A stretch of DNA of 64,000 nt from Chiloscyllium plagiosum (lineage: Eukaryota): the NCBI RefSeq assembly GCF_004010195.1, contig NC_057719.1:43268679-43332678 (forward strand), given 5' to 3'. The translations under genes and the position numbers were made by a program. The first letter of the stretch is position 1. Every line of letters starts with the position of its first letter. Under the pieces are notes generated by a model. It did no database searches. It saw nothing but the letters and a program-made list of their open reading frames with translations, and was not told the DNA's origin. Shown piece by piece: positions 1 to 13,699 of the stretch.

Positions 1-917
1 CTGACATATGCTTCCTTCTTTTTCTTAACCAAACCCTCAATGTCTTCAGTCACCCAGCATTCCCTATACCAACCAGCCTTCCCTTTCACCCTGACAGGAA
101 TATACTTTCTCTGGATTCTTGTTATCTCATTTCTGAAGGCTTCCCATTTTCCAGCTGTCCCTTTACCTGCGAACACCTGCCTCCAATCAACTTTCAAAAG
201 TTCTTGCCTAATACTGTCAAAATTGACTTTTCTCCAATTTAGAACTTCATCTTTTAGATCTGGTCTGTCCTTTTCCATCACTATTTTAAAACAAATAGAA
301 TTATGGTCGCTGGCCCCAAAGTGCTCCCCCACTGACACCTCAGTCATTTGCCCTGCCTTATTTCCTAAGAGTAGGTCAAGTTTTGCACCTTCTCTAGTAG
401 GTACATCCACATACTGAATCAGAAAATTGTCTTGTATACACTTAACAAATTCCTCTCCATCTAAACCTTTAACACGATGGCAGTCCCAGTTGATGTTTGG
501 TAAGTTAAAATCCCCTACCATAACTACCCTATTATTCTTGCAATAGCTGAGATTTCCTTACAAGTTTGTTTCTCAATTTCCCTCTGACTATTGGGGGGTC
601 TATAATACAATCCCAATAATGTGATCATCCCTTTCTTATTTCTCAGTTCCACCCAAATAACTTCCCTGGATGTATTTCTGGGAATGTCCTCCCTCAGCAC
701 AGCTGTAATGCCATCCCTTATCAAAAATGCCAATCTCCCTCCTCTCTTGCCTCCCTTTTTATCCTTCCTGTACCATTTGTATCCTGGAACATTAAGCTGC
801 CAGTCCTGCCCATCCCTGAGCCATGTTTCCGTAATTGCTATGATATCCCAGTCCCATGTTCTTATTCATTGCCTGAGTTCATCTGCCGTCCCTGTTAGGT
901 CCCTTGCATTGAAATAA
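1..917 (-). mobile_element. CR1-clade LINE (HER1-like) fragment, ORF2 endonuclease/linker region, degraded
   Basis: Minus-strand translation gives 'VIWVELRNKKGMITLLGLYYRPPNSQ' (APE-type endonuclease). The DNA is homologous in reverse to 33500-34020. Stops and frameshifts present. Confidence 0.9.
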
Positions 918-1648
918 CATTGTAACAGTACCTGCATTTAACACTTCCTCTGGGAGTTCATTCCACATATGAACCACCCTCTGTGTGAAAACGTTTCCCC
1001 TCAAGTTCCTTTAAATCTTTCTCTTCTCATTCTAAAAATATGCTCTCTAGTTTTGAACTCCCCCACCCTAGGAAAAAGACCTTTGCTATTCACCATATCT
1101 ATGCTCCTCATGACTTTATAAATCTTGACAAAGTAACCTCCTACACTCCAGTGAAAAATTCCCAGCCTATCCAGTCTTTTCTTTTAATCCAAACCCTCCA
1201 GTCCTAGCAACATCCTGGTAAATCTTTTCTGAACCCCCTCCAATTTAATAATTTCCTTCCTATAGCAGGCCTACTGAAACTGTACACAGTACTCCAAAAA
1301 TGGCCTTACCAATATTGTGTACAACTGCAACATGATGTCCCAACTCCTAAACTTAATGGTCTGATCAATGAAGGCAAGCATGCTAAATACCTCTTTAATG
1401 ACCCTGTCCACCTGTGACACAACTATCAAAGAACTATGTACCTGAAATCCTAGGTCTCTCTTTGACGACAGTACCCAGGTCCCTACCATTAACTGTATAA
1501 GTCCTACCCTTGTTTGTTTCACCAAAATGGAACATCTCACATTTAACCAAATTAAACTACATCTGCTATTCCTCAGCCAATTGGCCCAAATTATCAAGTT
1601 CCCACTGTAATCTTAGATAACCTTCTTCACTGTCAACTATCCCACAAT
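918..1648 (-). mobile_element. CR1 LINE fragment, RT C-terminal region
   Basis: ORF 1271-1597(-) reads 'RDLGFQVHSSL...LYTILVRPFLEYCVQF', a typical CR1 ORF2 C-terminus. Confidence 0.85.
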
Positions 1649-2027
1649 TTTATGTCTTGCCAGAGTTTCTCTCTCTTCTAGGTCAACGCCTCTCTGGACA
1701 GCCAAGTCACGAAGTATACAGTAGACCATAAAAGTATGCAAGAACTTTGACGGAGTGTAATGGATGATGTCACCCAAATTATCAGATAGCTGACACTCAT
1801 CTTCATAAAATAACTGAACAAACCATAGATATTTGGTTGTTGAGTCTTTTTGCTTCCAAGACTAGATAATACACTGGAGTCAATCATTGCCCATGGAATA
1901 AGCCTCATCTGCTAACATCGATCTCCAGTAGAACTGCACATCAGTGATTGCCATCAGATCGAAACCTGGTAGCTTCCAGGCTAGCATGCACACACCTGCT
2001 TTGGTTGCTCATCAGTTGCTGACACGA

Positions 2028-2385
2028 GAGAGGCGATGGCCTGGTGGTATTACTGCTGGACTGTTAATCCAGAGACCCAGATAATGTTCTGGGGACCCAG
2101 GTTCGAGCCCTGCTGCAGGTGGTGGAATTTGAATTCAATAAAAAAAATCTGGAATTAAGAGTCTAATGATGACCATGAATCCATGGTCAATTGTTGGAAA
2201 AACCCATCTGATTCACTAATGCCCTTCAGGGAAGGAATCTGTCATTCTCACCTGGTCTGGCCTACATGTGTCTCCAGACCCACAGCAATGTAGTTGACTC
2301 TCAACTGCTCTCTGGGCAATTAGGGTTGGACAATGAATGCTGGCCTAGCCAGCAATGCCCTCTTTTCGTGAATGATAAATAGAAA
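2028..2385 (+). mobile_element. tRNA-derived SINE (family B in this report) with L2-like LINE 3' tail
   Basis: A-box-like TGGCCTGGTGG and B-box GGTTCGAGCCC. Homologous copies at 11075, 51289, 41900 and 4944(-). The tail GGGCAATTAGGG...AATGCTGGCCTAGCCAGC matches the LINE end at ~18680. Confidence 0.85.
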
Positions 2386-3149
2386 ACAAAATGTGACTAC
2401 TTAGGGGCTGTATACATTTGCTCTTGAGCAATCTTCTCAACTAGTCAAACAATGCCTTGGTGAGCATTTGGGTGGATTCAATGACCCTTGCACCTACAGG
2501 AATCCACTTAAGGAGACAAATTCCTCTACCTATTGAGCTCAAGTGCCACTTTTCACCTGGAAATCAATGCTTTTGTTTCAGGTTTGTGAGCTGCTTAATT
2601 GAATTTCAGCGCGATATTATATACAACAGGTATATCCAAGTGGCATGATACTACTGACATGGAAGCATGAGCTGGGGGTCACTTTTATAAGATGCTTCCT
2701 CTCTGGCTGAGCAGGTGTTATGGCTTGGCCAGCATTTTGTGTCCATTCCTCATCACCCTTCAGAAAGTGGTAGTGAGCTACTTTCTTGAAACCACTTCAG
2801 TTGATCAATTGCAGCTCTGAGATCCTTTGACATACTTACGTGCTGTTCATTTCTTGCCTTGGTCTGATGGGTATAGTGCAAAGAAATCAGCAGCCTAACC
2901 ACTCGACATTGTGAAAAAAATTGCTTCCTGTTTTCCAGTTCTCATGATAACCCCCACTGCTTGTACAGCATCCCAGCTCTCAACGTCTCCCCTACTGTCT
3001 TGACTCATTCTCTATCGCAACTCTTTTCTCAAACTTATAACTGGCCCCCGCTCTCAAATCTCACCCTTCAGTCACAACTCTTCTTACTTTACAACTCCAC
3101 ATTCCCCCCTCACTTCTCCCACCTCTGTCTGATTTTTCAACTCTTATTA

Positions 3150-3633
3150 TTAAATTGGAAAGAGTGCAGAAAAGATTTACAATGATGCTCCCGCAACTGG
3201 AGGGTTGGAGTTACAAAAATAAACTGGCACATTTGTCACTAGAGCACAGGAGGTTGAGGAGTGACCTTATAGAGGTTGATAAAATCATGAAAGGTATAGA
3301 TTAGGTGAGTACCAAAGGTCTTTTCCCTAGAATAGGGGTGTTCAAAACTAGAGAGCATTGTTTTAAGGTGAGAGGGGAAAGATTTAAGAGGGTCCTGAGG
3401 GGCAACGTTTTCGTACAGAGGGTGGTTCATACATGGAATAAACTGTCAGGGGATGTGGTAGATGCAGGTACAGTTATGACATGTAAAAGACATTTGGTCA
3501 AATGCATGAATATGAAAGTTTAGAGTGATATGGGCCAAATGCAGGCAAATGGGACGAGTTAAGTTTGGGAAATATGGTCACCATGAATGAGTTGTACCAA
3601 AAGGTTTGGTTCCTTTCTATGTGATTTTATGAC
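3150..3633 (+). mobile_element. CR1 LINE 3' end
   Basis: ORF 3305-3523 reads 'KTREHCFKVRGERFKRVLRGNVFVQRVVHTWNKL', followed by a CR1-type 3' UTR. Confidence 0.85.
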
Positions 3634-4489
3634 AATACTCTCTCAGTTATGCATGAGCCCCTCCCACCACCAAATACTCTCAGTCTGACGATAATCTCGC
3701 CCATATGATTTCAGCCACCATTCACTTACATTCATCCATTGATTCAATCACTAACATTCACACTAAACCTTCAAACTTCCGATATGGTAGTGGTGTTGTG
3801 GTACCTGTTTTTTCCCTCTGTTCCTAATTCAATTGTCCTGAGCAACGTTGTCCTTCATGTTCTGGGAAAGCCAAGCTTGGAAAACCTGGCAGGAAAAGTG
3901 GAGCAACTCAAGTCAGGGAAAGTTTACATGGAGGGGCAATTTGATAATGATTTCTGTTCTCAGAAGATCCAAGCCATTATATAACACTACTGTCTAAAAG
4001 TGCATGTATTTGGGTTACCAAAACCAAAACCAGAGGAAACATGCATCATGCATGAATAACTAGGGTAGTAAGGACTGTGCTGTCATTTTAATACTGTTTC
4101 CATCTGATACATTAAAACTGACATGATTTTCCCAAATTGTTTCTTGCTGTAACATTAGTTGTTTTTTTTTGGTTTCGGAATGAGTCACTGGACAATGGTT
4201 TCAGGTTTAAAAAAACATTAGATTTTGCTCAAAGCTGGTCCTACTCCATGCCAGAGCTTTGCCATAATTACGATAACAGGGTGGGTCCAGCTACAACAAA
4301 ATCCCAGGCAGTTCTTGAAATGAGAGGTTGGCAATGGCTGAGAAAAGTGAGCTCTGTCAGGCATAATGCTAGAGGCAGTTGCCGCATATACAGGCCACAG
4401 AGGCTGACCTACTGTTAAAAGTGATGTTGAGAAATGGAGAAAACCACTATTTCTATCTGTACTATGTATTATACATTGACTTCTGGTGT

Positions 4490-5330
4490 GTGGGGTTGGG
4501 GTAAGGCCATGGAAGAAGGTACTCAGCCCTAATATTATTGAGCTTAATGTTGAGTCGTGATGGCTGTACTGTCCCCAAATGGCAAATGAGATGTTGTTAT
4601 TCCAACTTGCGCTGAGCTTCGCTGGAGCATTGCAGCAAACTCGAGATGGAGATGTTGGCCAGGAAATACAATGTGTGTTGAAGTGGCAGGCAACAGGGCT
4701 TGCAACTGGGCTCAGGGTCAGTTTTGCAGATAGAACATTGATGTTCGGCAAAGTAATCCTCCCCATCTGTGTTTTGTCTCCACAGGGTACAGGAGATCAC
4801 ATTGTGAACAGTGAATACAGTAGACAACATTGAGTGAAATCATTGCTTCACCTGAAAGGTGTGTTTGGGGCCTTGGATAGTGAAAAGGGAGGCAGGAAAT
4901 GTTATACCTTCTGTGATTTCATGGGAAGGTGCCATGGAATGAGGTCAGCACTTATTGCCTATCCCTAATTGATCCTCAGTTTTAAGAGTCAACCACATTG
5001 CTGTGGATCTGGAGTCACGTGTAGGTCAGATTAGGTAAAGATGGCAATTTCCTTCCCTAACTTACATTAGTGAGCCAGATGACTTTGGGGAAGTATTGGG
5101 AGTGGAGCAGGTGTGCTGGAAGGAATGGTCCTGGTGGACAGCTGACAATGGAGGGGAGGGGAATGTGTGTCTAGTGGTGGCAACCTGCTGGAGGTGGCAG
5201 AAATTATAGCCAATGATCTTTTGGAGATGCTGGTAGGGTGGTAAATGAGCCAGGGGACCCTATTACTGTTGTGGGAGGAAGAAGAAGGAGTGAAGGCTGT
5301 AGTGATTTTAACAAGGTCAGTCAGCTGGAC
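4490..5330 (-). mobile_element. Old Penelope-like element fragment (linker + GIY-YIG C-terminus), interrupted by a SINE
   Basis: Minus-strand 'NSNRVPWLIYHPT' and 'PVACHFN', plus a frameshifted 'QHLICHLGTVQP'-like motif, match the better-preserved PLEs at 6227 and 30394. Confidence 0.75.
4944..5082 (-). mobile_element. Partial family-B tRNA SINE (3' half)
   Basis: Reverse complement of the 2205-2345 portion of the SINE at 2028. Confidence 0.75.
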
Positions 5331-5363
5331 CTTGGGGCTGTTAACCTGGTCCATTCAGGGAGA

Positions 5364-5488
5364 TCAGGGCTTTTGCCCGAAACATTGATTTTCCTGCTCC
5401 TCGGATGCTGCCTGACCTGCTGTGCTTTTCCAGCACCACTCTAATCTAGACTCTGGTTTCCAACATCTGCAGTCCTTGTTTTTACCTA
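5364..5488 (+). mobile_element. PLE terminal (pLTR) fragment with 5'-truncated hammerhead
   Basis: AGGGCTTTTGCCCGAAACATTG followed by the conserved GATGCTGCCTGACCTGCTGTGCTTTTCCAGC tail. The CTGAnGA box is missing. Confidence 0.85.
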
Positions 5489-5726
5489 AATAAAAAGAGG
5501 TGTCAGAGATTCTACTATGCTGATAGTTAAGGCAGTATGAAAGTGAAGGACTATTCATGTGTAAATAAACGGTGACTTGGTGATGGGATACCAGCTTCTG
5601 TGGAGTTATTTTAGTGGCAACAGTGGGAGTAAAGCATGATCCTGAAGAAACCCTCTTGCAACAGTCATCTTTGAGCAGGGGTAAGCATTTCTTACATTAT
5701 GCCTTTGTTTGGGAAGTTTGACTCAG

Positions 5727-6226
5727 NNNNNNNNNNNNNNNNNNNNNNNNNNNNNNNNNNNNNNNNNNNNNNNNNNNNNNNNNNNNNNNNNNNNNNNNNN
5801 NNNNNNNNNNNNNNNNNNNNNNNNNNNNNNNNNNNNNNNNNNNNNNNNNNNNNNNNNNNNNNNNNNNNNNNNNNNNNNNNNNNNNNNNNNNNNNNNNNNN
5901 NNNNNNNNNNNNNNNNNNNNNNNNNNNNNNNNNNNNNNNNNNNNNNNNNNNNNNNNNNNNNNNNNNNNNNNNNNNNNNNNNNNNNNNNNNNNNNNNNNNN
6001 NNNNNNNNNNNNNNNNNNNNNNNNNNNNNNNNNNNNNNNNNNNNNNNNNNNNNNNNNNNNNNNNNNNNNNNNNNNNNNNNNNNNNNNNNNNNNNNNNNNN
6101 NNNNNNNNNNNNNNNNNNNNNNNNNNNNNNNNNNNNNNNNNNNNNNNNNNNNNNNNNNNNNNNNNNNNNNNNNNNNNNNNNNNNNNNNNNNNNNNNNNNN
6201 NNNNNNNNNNNNNNNNNNNNNNNNNN
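5727..6226. other. Assembly gap (500 N)
   Basis: Run of N. Confidence 1.
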
Positions 6227-7204
6227 CACCCATCCAACCACAACAAGGACTGAACCCCCTTGGTCATCACCTTCCACTCCACCAATCTCTGGATACAGTG
6301 CCTCATCTTCCGCCATTTCTTCACCTACAGTCACACCCCATACCAGAGATATATTTCCCTCCCCATCCCTATCAGCATTCCACAGAGACCATTCCTTCTG
6401 CGACTTTCTCGTTAGGTCCACGCACCCCACCAACCCACCCTCCACTCCCGGCACCATCCCCTGCTACTGTAAGAAGTGTAAAACCTGCTGCTTCAACTCT
6501 GTCCAAGGTCCCAAAGGATCCCTCCACATCCAGCAGAAATGTTCCTGCACATCCAAACACCTCATCTACTGTGTCCATTACTCTCAATGTGCTCTGCTCC
6601 ACATCGGGGAGACAGGATGCCAACTCGCGGAATGTTTCAGAGAATATCTCTGGGACACGCGCACTAAACAACCCCACCACCCTGTGGCTGACTCCTTGAA
6701 CTCTCCCTTCCACTCCACTAAGGACATGCAAGTCCTGGGCCTCCTTCACAGACAAATCCTAGCCACCCTCCACCTGGAGGAAGAACGCCTCATCTTCCAT
6801 CTTGGGACCCTCCAACCACACGGCATCAAATTTAAATTCACCAGTTTCCTCATCTTCCTCCCCCCCATCCCAGATCCAATCCACCAACATGACACCACCC
6901 TCTTGAACTGTCCTACCTGTCCATCTTCCTTCCCACCTCTCTGTTCCATCCTCTGCTCCAACCTATCACCATCACCTCCCACCTGCATCGAGCTATTGCT
7001 TTCTGAGCTACCCTCCCACAGCCCCAGTCTCCCCTTCTACATATCTCTGAGTCCCCTTCCCCCAACCCTCCCACATTCCGATGAAGGGCTTATGCCTGAA
7101 ACGTTGATTCTCCTGTTCCTCGGATGCTGCCCGACCTGTTGATCTTTTCCAGTACCATACTTTTCGACTCTGATCTCCAGCATCAGCAGTCCTCACTTTC
7201 TCCT
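6227..7204 (+). mobile_element. Penelope-like element (Neptune-like), 3' part: Cys-rich linker, GIY-YIG endonuclease and pLTR
   Basis: Translation gives 'PCYCKKCKTC', 'HLIYCVHYSQCALLHIGETG' (degenerate GIY-YIG) and 'EEERLIFHLGTLQPHGI'. The terminal repeat carries a degenerate HHR at 7079-7105. Confidence 0.9.
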
Positions 7205-10200
7205 TCCTCAGATACAGCCAAGTCGAACCCATGAGTTGGTTATCTTTCTCTGCGTATAGTGTCCTTGCCACAGAATTCCAATGGAAGTTGTTGTTGAGCT
7301 CCAAATTGGAACATTGAAATGCAAAACTGTTTTACAAGTGGATCAGAGATGTGCCAATGTTTGTGGATGGGAGATGGTATGGGGCAGTCACTGTCCTCAG
7401 ATATGAGTAACTGCTATCCAATCTGGAGAACTGAGGAACAAGAGGTGAGCTGGAGTTACAGTTCTGACTTCCATGTCAGGAATTGTCACTGTCTAGTTTC
7501 TATTGGGCAGATGGAAGATTGGGAAACTGCATATTAATGAGGTGAGAAATAATAGTAATGAGATATCGATGCAAGCTAATATATGAAAATAGGCCTTCAT
7601 TTCTCACTAGCAATAATCTCATCTTGCTATTCAACATTTGGTTGGAAAATTAGACCTTTTGATGTACATATTGAGAGGCTCCTCCCTGCCCATCTTATCC
7701 AATTTTCCTACTTTTCTCACCAATGCCCAAGTTTTTCAGTGCCTGGGAACATTCTAAACCATTTGTGTGAACTAACAAAAAGAGTTCACCCATTAAATTA
7801 TGTTTAAAAGACAAAAAAATAGAATGTTCTTCACTTTGATCTCCAGTAGCTGCACAAGTATTTCCCCTGGATTTGCAGGCAGAACAATTAGATATGCTGA
7901 CTTTGGTTGCCTTACTTCAGGAAACTTGACTGAGAACTTGACAAAGCCTGCTGCTGAGATAACTGCCAAGTCAAAAAGCAAAATCCTGAGGAAAAAATAA
8001 TTATCCATTTCATAAATCTGATTCAATTTTATATAATTAGACACTGAGGCCAAAAAGACAGTGAACACGAATCAGACAAAACAGGTTTTCTGAATAATAT
8101 AGGTCAAAACACAAGGTTGCAGAAAAGTGTTTGCTACAGACTTTTGAATGTTAACTCCTGTTTTTATCTTCTTCTTTGTTTCTGTATTTAAGAATAAAAC
8201 ATGTACATCCCTATGTACATGTACAGCGACTGAACTATATCTAGTTTAAGATGAAATAACAAGAAGATTGCTATAATCACTAGTTTCAAGAAAACTATCA
8301 GGAATGGAAATTATGTATTTGGTGTTAAAAACTTGTAGAAGATTTTGGTCAGTTGAAGTTTTATACATGAAATATAATTTTAGTTACATTATTTCTGGTG
8401 GAAGCATTTTACATTTGTACCTTTTTCTCATCTCTGGGACGCCCCCTGTTAGATGAACAACTTATCTTGCCTCAGGCCCCTGTAACGCTAATTTGTAACT
8501 TACTATCTGGTGAAGTATGCAAGTGTCTAGACTTTACTTGGCACCTTTCCCAATGGCATCATATCCCAGCCAAGTAGGAGAAGAAAATAAAAGAAGGGAA
8601 TTAACCTTGAGAAATTCATGAAGCCTCCTAACTGTCAAATATAGAGCCAGTGGTGAAGGTCAGCGAAGATCATATTGTACCTTCATAATGTGGAAAGTGG
8701 AGAGTACCAGGCATCAATCTTTATAAATATGTTGCAGCTGCATGAAATTCAAGTACAATATCAATGCATGTAAGTTAACATTTGATCTGCTATTCAGTAG
8801 ATACTAAAAGTACAGGTATAACAATTGTAGTGGATTGAGATGACTTTTTGCAAATGGTCACGTCCCCATCAACTTCCTGAGATTTGGGTCTTCTCCTTCT
8901 GCCACTCTCAGAACTGAAAACATGCACTTTTTTTCTAATGGGTGCAGTTCTACAAGGAGCTACACCTAATCTTGTCTCCATGTCTTCTCATGCTGGCAGC
9001 AGACAATGTAAATCTACAATTATAAAGCTCTGACAGTGGTATTTCTTATGTAACTAACATGGTAGACAAGATCGAATACAATAATTAGAGCATGACCTCA
9101 GTAAAAAAAAATCCACTCAGAAACAAGTTTTGATCCAGTGGATATAGGACAGGGGTTAGTTCAAATCCAGCTCAAAATGGCTTTAAGAATCTCCTTTGTT
9201 CAGACATATAAGCGCCACAAGTGAAATGTATTTGAGCAGTCTCTCCAGCTGCATTTGCCATTCCTGGACAAAAAGGGGGAGTCTTCTATTCCTTCCTTAC
9301 TGTTAGCTTTATCAACTGGATAAGCTTAACAATTCACCAAAATAAAATGCTATGTTTAATGCTGATTCAGTTGACATAATCAGTTTAGCAAAAAGACATA
9401 CGATAAAGTGCACAGAGACCATCATTTTATTTATTAATCAACAATGTATTTCTTAGCTGCAATGTCTATGAATCCCTATGTTCAGGACATATTTGTGGGG
9501 AATATGTTCGACCATCACCTTCTATATTTTTCTCCTAAATTACCAGCCACTTGAAGAAGCAGTTTGCATTTTGATTGGTGAATAGAAGAAGTTAGGTTGT
9601 TAGAAACGAATATCTCAAGTACAATGTAAGACAATGCACTTGAATTATTCTTCCAGGCTTCTTTGGCCCACCAGCATCCTGAACATCCTGTTATAAATTG
9701 ATACAAGGAGGCTTGGTCCACCTCTTTGATCCACATTTCTCAATGTCGGCAGAAAGGTATACTTGAATATTAGTGCTCATTTTGGAGATTCACTCAGGTT
9801 TACAGTTTCATTAAATTCTACTCAACATTTTCAACACCCTCCTAATAACAGAATGGAGAGTCTGGTGAATCAGGCTTCACAGAAGGTATTTCTTCCTTAC
9901 ATGCTCATATTCATATATTCATATGGATCAGAAAGACCTTTCTGACCAACACTCTATCAGAAGGCTATGTTTCCAACAATGCCCAAACCTTGTGCAAGGA
10001 AGCATTGATGGAATGCATATATCACTCAAATTCTCCATATGAAATTATGCTCTATTTTATGAATGGGAAATATTTCCATATGATTAATGTCCAGTTAATA
10101 ATATGGTGTCTGTCTTATTATTGTTTCCAACGTAAGTTATTCAGGGAGCTACTGACATGCTTTCATAACATGACAATTTAACACACCAGCCGAAAAGAGC

Positions 10201-10329
10201 AACAGATATTATGTTGTTAAGGTTTCCTTGCAGTTTTTACACACAGAAAGGACAAGTGATATAAGGCTAATAGACCACAAGAATTGCCAGTGAACAACTA
10301 ACCTGCCATATAAACCACTAATGGTCCTA

Positions 10330-10800
10330 GAGCAGGTCACAAACTGGGTATCCTATAGTGAATGATCTTTCAAAGCCTCTGAATGTTCACTTACTGGGCT
10401 GGTACAACACAACATGCTCAACATAATGCTGCACAAAGCAGCCCATTACATCGCTTGCCCATCCCCCCCCTTAACCAACCTCCTTCCACCATTGAGAACA
10501 TGGTTACGGTGCCTACTGTCTACACAATACCGTGCAGCAATTTGCTAAGATTTTTTCAATAACACCTCTCGGCTGTGACCTCTAGCACCTAAAAGAACAA
10601 AGGCAATAACATATGAGTGCGCATCCACATGCAAGTTCTCTCTAAGTCTTACACTACTCCGCAGTCTCTACTTAATTATCATTGTTGAATCAAGACCTTG
10701 CAACTCCCTACTTAACAGCTTTGTAGGAGAATTGGTGATACAGAAACTGATGTGAATCAAGAAGCATCACTATGACCTGCTCAAGACCAATTATCAAGGC
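10330..10800 (+). mobile_element. Old L2/CR1-group LINE 3' fragment
   Basis: Homologous by eye to 55200-55740(+), 18520-18755(+) and 36490-37335(-). Confidence 0.55.
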
Positions 10801-11074
10801 TCAAAAGAATCATTACAGCTTACAGTATTTGCATACAATAATAATGAATAATGGGAAGACAATGATGATGATGAGAGTGTGGAAGGACTTCACGCTTCAC
10901 AGTATAAAGAAGGTACACGAGAGTGGGAGGAGTGGGGTCAAAGTCACAGACAAGAGATTCAATTGACAACTGGTTGCTTTGTGCTATATCCCTCACCAGA
11001 TCTACCTTTAACAGTCATGCTCATGCTGTCCTCACTGTATCATGGCATGTGACCTAATGGCGAAAAGCTCTCAG

Positions 11075-11414
11075 GGGAGGTGATGATACTGTGGTATTAT
11101 TCTGGGGACCCAGGTTTGAATCCTGAAATGCAAAATTTGAATTTAATTTTTAAAAACACATTTGGAATTAAGAATTTACTGATTAAACCATTGATGATTA
11201 TTGGAAAAACCCATCTTTCTCGTTAATGTCCTTCAGGAAAGGAAATCTGCTACCTACACTTGGCCTTGCCTACGTGTTATTCCAGACCCACCGCGATATT
11301 GGCTCTCAACTGTCGTCTGAAATGCCTTCGAAAGCTATTCAATTCAAGGGCAGCCAGGGATAAGCAATAAACAGGAATGGACAATGCCCATGTCCCATGA
11401 GTGGATTAACAAAA
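11075..11414 (+). mobile_element. Family-B tRNA SINE
   Basis: B-box-like GGTTTGAATCC. Body and tail are homologous to 2028-2385. Confidence 0.8.
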
Positions 11415-11879
11415 GTCTCCATCTTACTGAGTTCTTTTGCAGCATGACATACTGAAAGGGAGCTACAGTATAGCAGAATTGCTTGGCTTGAGCTTAAACA
11501 TGCAAGTGCCTTGTGAGTATAATGTAAATACATAAATACCAGGAACTGTATGTGAATCCTTCATGACTGTATGACCTATTCTCATATTTATATTACGGAA
11601 GCTACCACAAGTACCACATCATGACAGTTGCAGCTCATCAACTATCATATCCTGTTACATCAGTTGCTTCAATAAGCTTCAAGGACCAATAGTCCTTTCA
11701 AACATGCATTTGCTTCCCAAATGATTTCAAAGCCATTCACTGATCTAAGCTTCTCGCAAGTTCCTTGAATGACAGAAGTCTCTATTCCCTCAGCCATCCA
11801 TCCATCCCCAAAAACGTATACTAAGAAATAAATTTAAAAAAGCACAAATCAAAATAGCAAGAGACAGAGAAACTCAGAG

Positions 11880-11937
11880 GATCATAGTCATAGAGTCATA
11901 CAGCATAGAAACAGACCCTTCAGTCCAAATCATCCGT
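11880..11937 (-). mobile_element. HER1-like CR1 3' tail
   Basis: Reverse complement of GGACTGAAGGGTCTGTTTCTATGCTGTATGACTCTATGACT. Confidence 0.75.
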
Positions 11938-12059
11938 GCACTGGTTGCATCAGTGGAGATCCCCTGAAAACCTGCCAGTTCTTGTGTTTGCACCATCTTT
12001 AAATGCCTGCTGGGCACCAGAGGAGCATTAGCATTCTGAAATTCCTCTGTTTGGTCAAA

Positions 12060-13200
12060 GACAGATTGTGAACATGTTGGAGAAGAGGAAGATGGCATCT
12101 TAATCTCTGACAGAGACCTGGAGGTGTAGGTGAAGGAGACAGAATAGAGGGAAGCCATCCTCTTCCAGGAGGACTGCCAGAAGAGGCCACACTGCTAGAC
12201 CCTGCTAGACACTGCTCCACCAGCCATAAGAAGATCAATGAACTTCTCTACCATGTCAGGTAAGAGCCACACAATTCTCCCTCACAGTCTCTCTACCTCT
12301 GCTGTTGCTTCCATTTCCCATCAATGTTCGTATTCGGTCATTCTCACTATTGCTGACAACATCTCTGTCACTTGCTCTCAGTCCCCAACAATCTCCTACA
12401 CTACTAACCCTGGGTGGCCTTTGTGCTGCCTCCTTCCTACCTCAGGACACCTGACCACCTTTCATCCACCTATACCAGCACTAACAGCCATGCCACTAAC
12501 TTTCAGCTCATTCAATCTTTGCCTTCAGCCCATCGAGAGCAACGAGAGCCCATATGACTGAAGGGGATATTAAGTTTCTTGGTCCATTCAAAGAGAGACT
12601 CCTGGCCCTCGCAGGAAAAGATCACGATAGCTCCTGACAGGATGCTGAAACATCCATGTCCCGCCAACTGAGTAAGGAACAGTCTTTATTCCACTGTACC
12701 CTTCATATTAATCAAGCTTTAGTTTATCCATCGCACACCACTTTGAAACTGTGATGCCTTCTGTCTCTTGTGTCTTTCAGTTACTGCTAACAAATCTTCC
12801 CTCACAACTTCACCATGATAAAACACACAGCGAGTCTGGTATCCAACTCCTGGACTCCTGAGGGCATAATTACCGAGGCCTCAGAAGGAACATTGGGAGG
12901 ACAAGCTCCTACATTCTTCACCAGCCCAGATAGTGACACCTTGGTGGGTACGTAACTATTATAAAGTTTGGGACAGCAAGCTGGTGAGCATCTCACTGAG
13001 ATAGTTCTGCGTTTAATCAAGAAAGAAATGCCCCAGGTCGCTGGCACTTGGAGGACTGCCCTAGACCAGTCTCTGCTCAGGCCCAGGCAGGAGAGGGCCC
13101 TCTGGCATCAGCAATCAGGGACTTCATCAGGGATGACCAGGGAAGAACAGGAGCAGCAGACAGGAGGTTGAATGCCGTGGCTCTCACTGGAACAACAGAG
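12060..13200 (+). pseudogene. Harbinger-type Myb/SANT DNA-binding protein gene remnant (spliced, multiple stops)
   Basis: 'SDRDLEV*VKETE*REAILFQEDCQKRPH...HKKINELL' ends at a GT donor (12260). The next exon, 12529-12671, reads 'FLGPFKERLLALAGKDHD'. A third AG acceptor ends at 12780. Resembles the MSANTD-like ORFs of PIF/Harbinger elements. Confidence 0.65.
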
Positions 13201-13699
13201 AATTATACGACTGGCTGCCCATAAGACAGGTTGATGTTCCAATCCTCAAGGAAGTGCTTGCTCTACATTCTTAAAACTTCAACGTAGTGTGTTTACCACC
13301 AATTGTAAGTTAATTGTGTCCTTAGAACTTCCTATTCAGTGATGGAATTATGTAGGATTATATGAGAACTGTGCTTGTGTGACTTGAATGACTCAAAACT
13401 CAGTTTGCAAGAGGTATTCATCCCTTACAGAGATGTGGAGGAGCTAAACTATGAGGATTGACTCCTGAAGCATAAACATCCCATATTCCCAAGGTTATGC
13501 TCCTCCCAGGGAGCACCAGAGAATGACAGTCTCAGTACTCATTGCACTGCTCCACATGATGTGCATGTGAGTGTGGATGGCGATCAACACCCCTCAAGCC
13601 AGACTACAAGGCAAACAAATAGTCAGAAGTCTGAACTGATTAAAAGAAAACACAGGACTGCTGTACAAGTGCTATATTTGTTTTATGTGCTTGGTTGTA

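Noticed and set aside
40..917. Plus-strand ORFs of 125 and 98 aa
   Set aside because: Antisense frames of the CR1 LINE.
1682..1800. Strong plus-strand acceptor (TTTCTCTCTCTTCTAG)
   Set aside because: All frames hit stops soon after and there is no convincing donor.
5692..7142. Long ORFs (up to 477 aa) in the track
   Set aside because: Their length comes from translating through the 500-N gap. The real part is a degenerate PLE.
7835..8915. Possible minus-strand exons after good acceptors (~7985, ~8913)
   Set aside because: No recognisable protein and no consistent phase chain. Such sites arise by chance.
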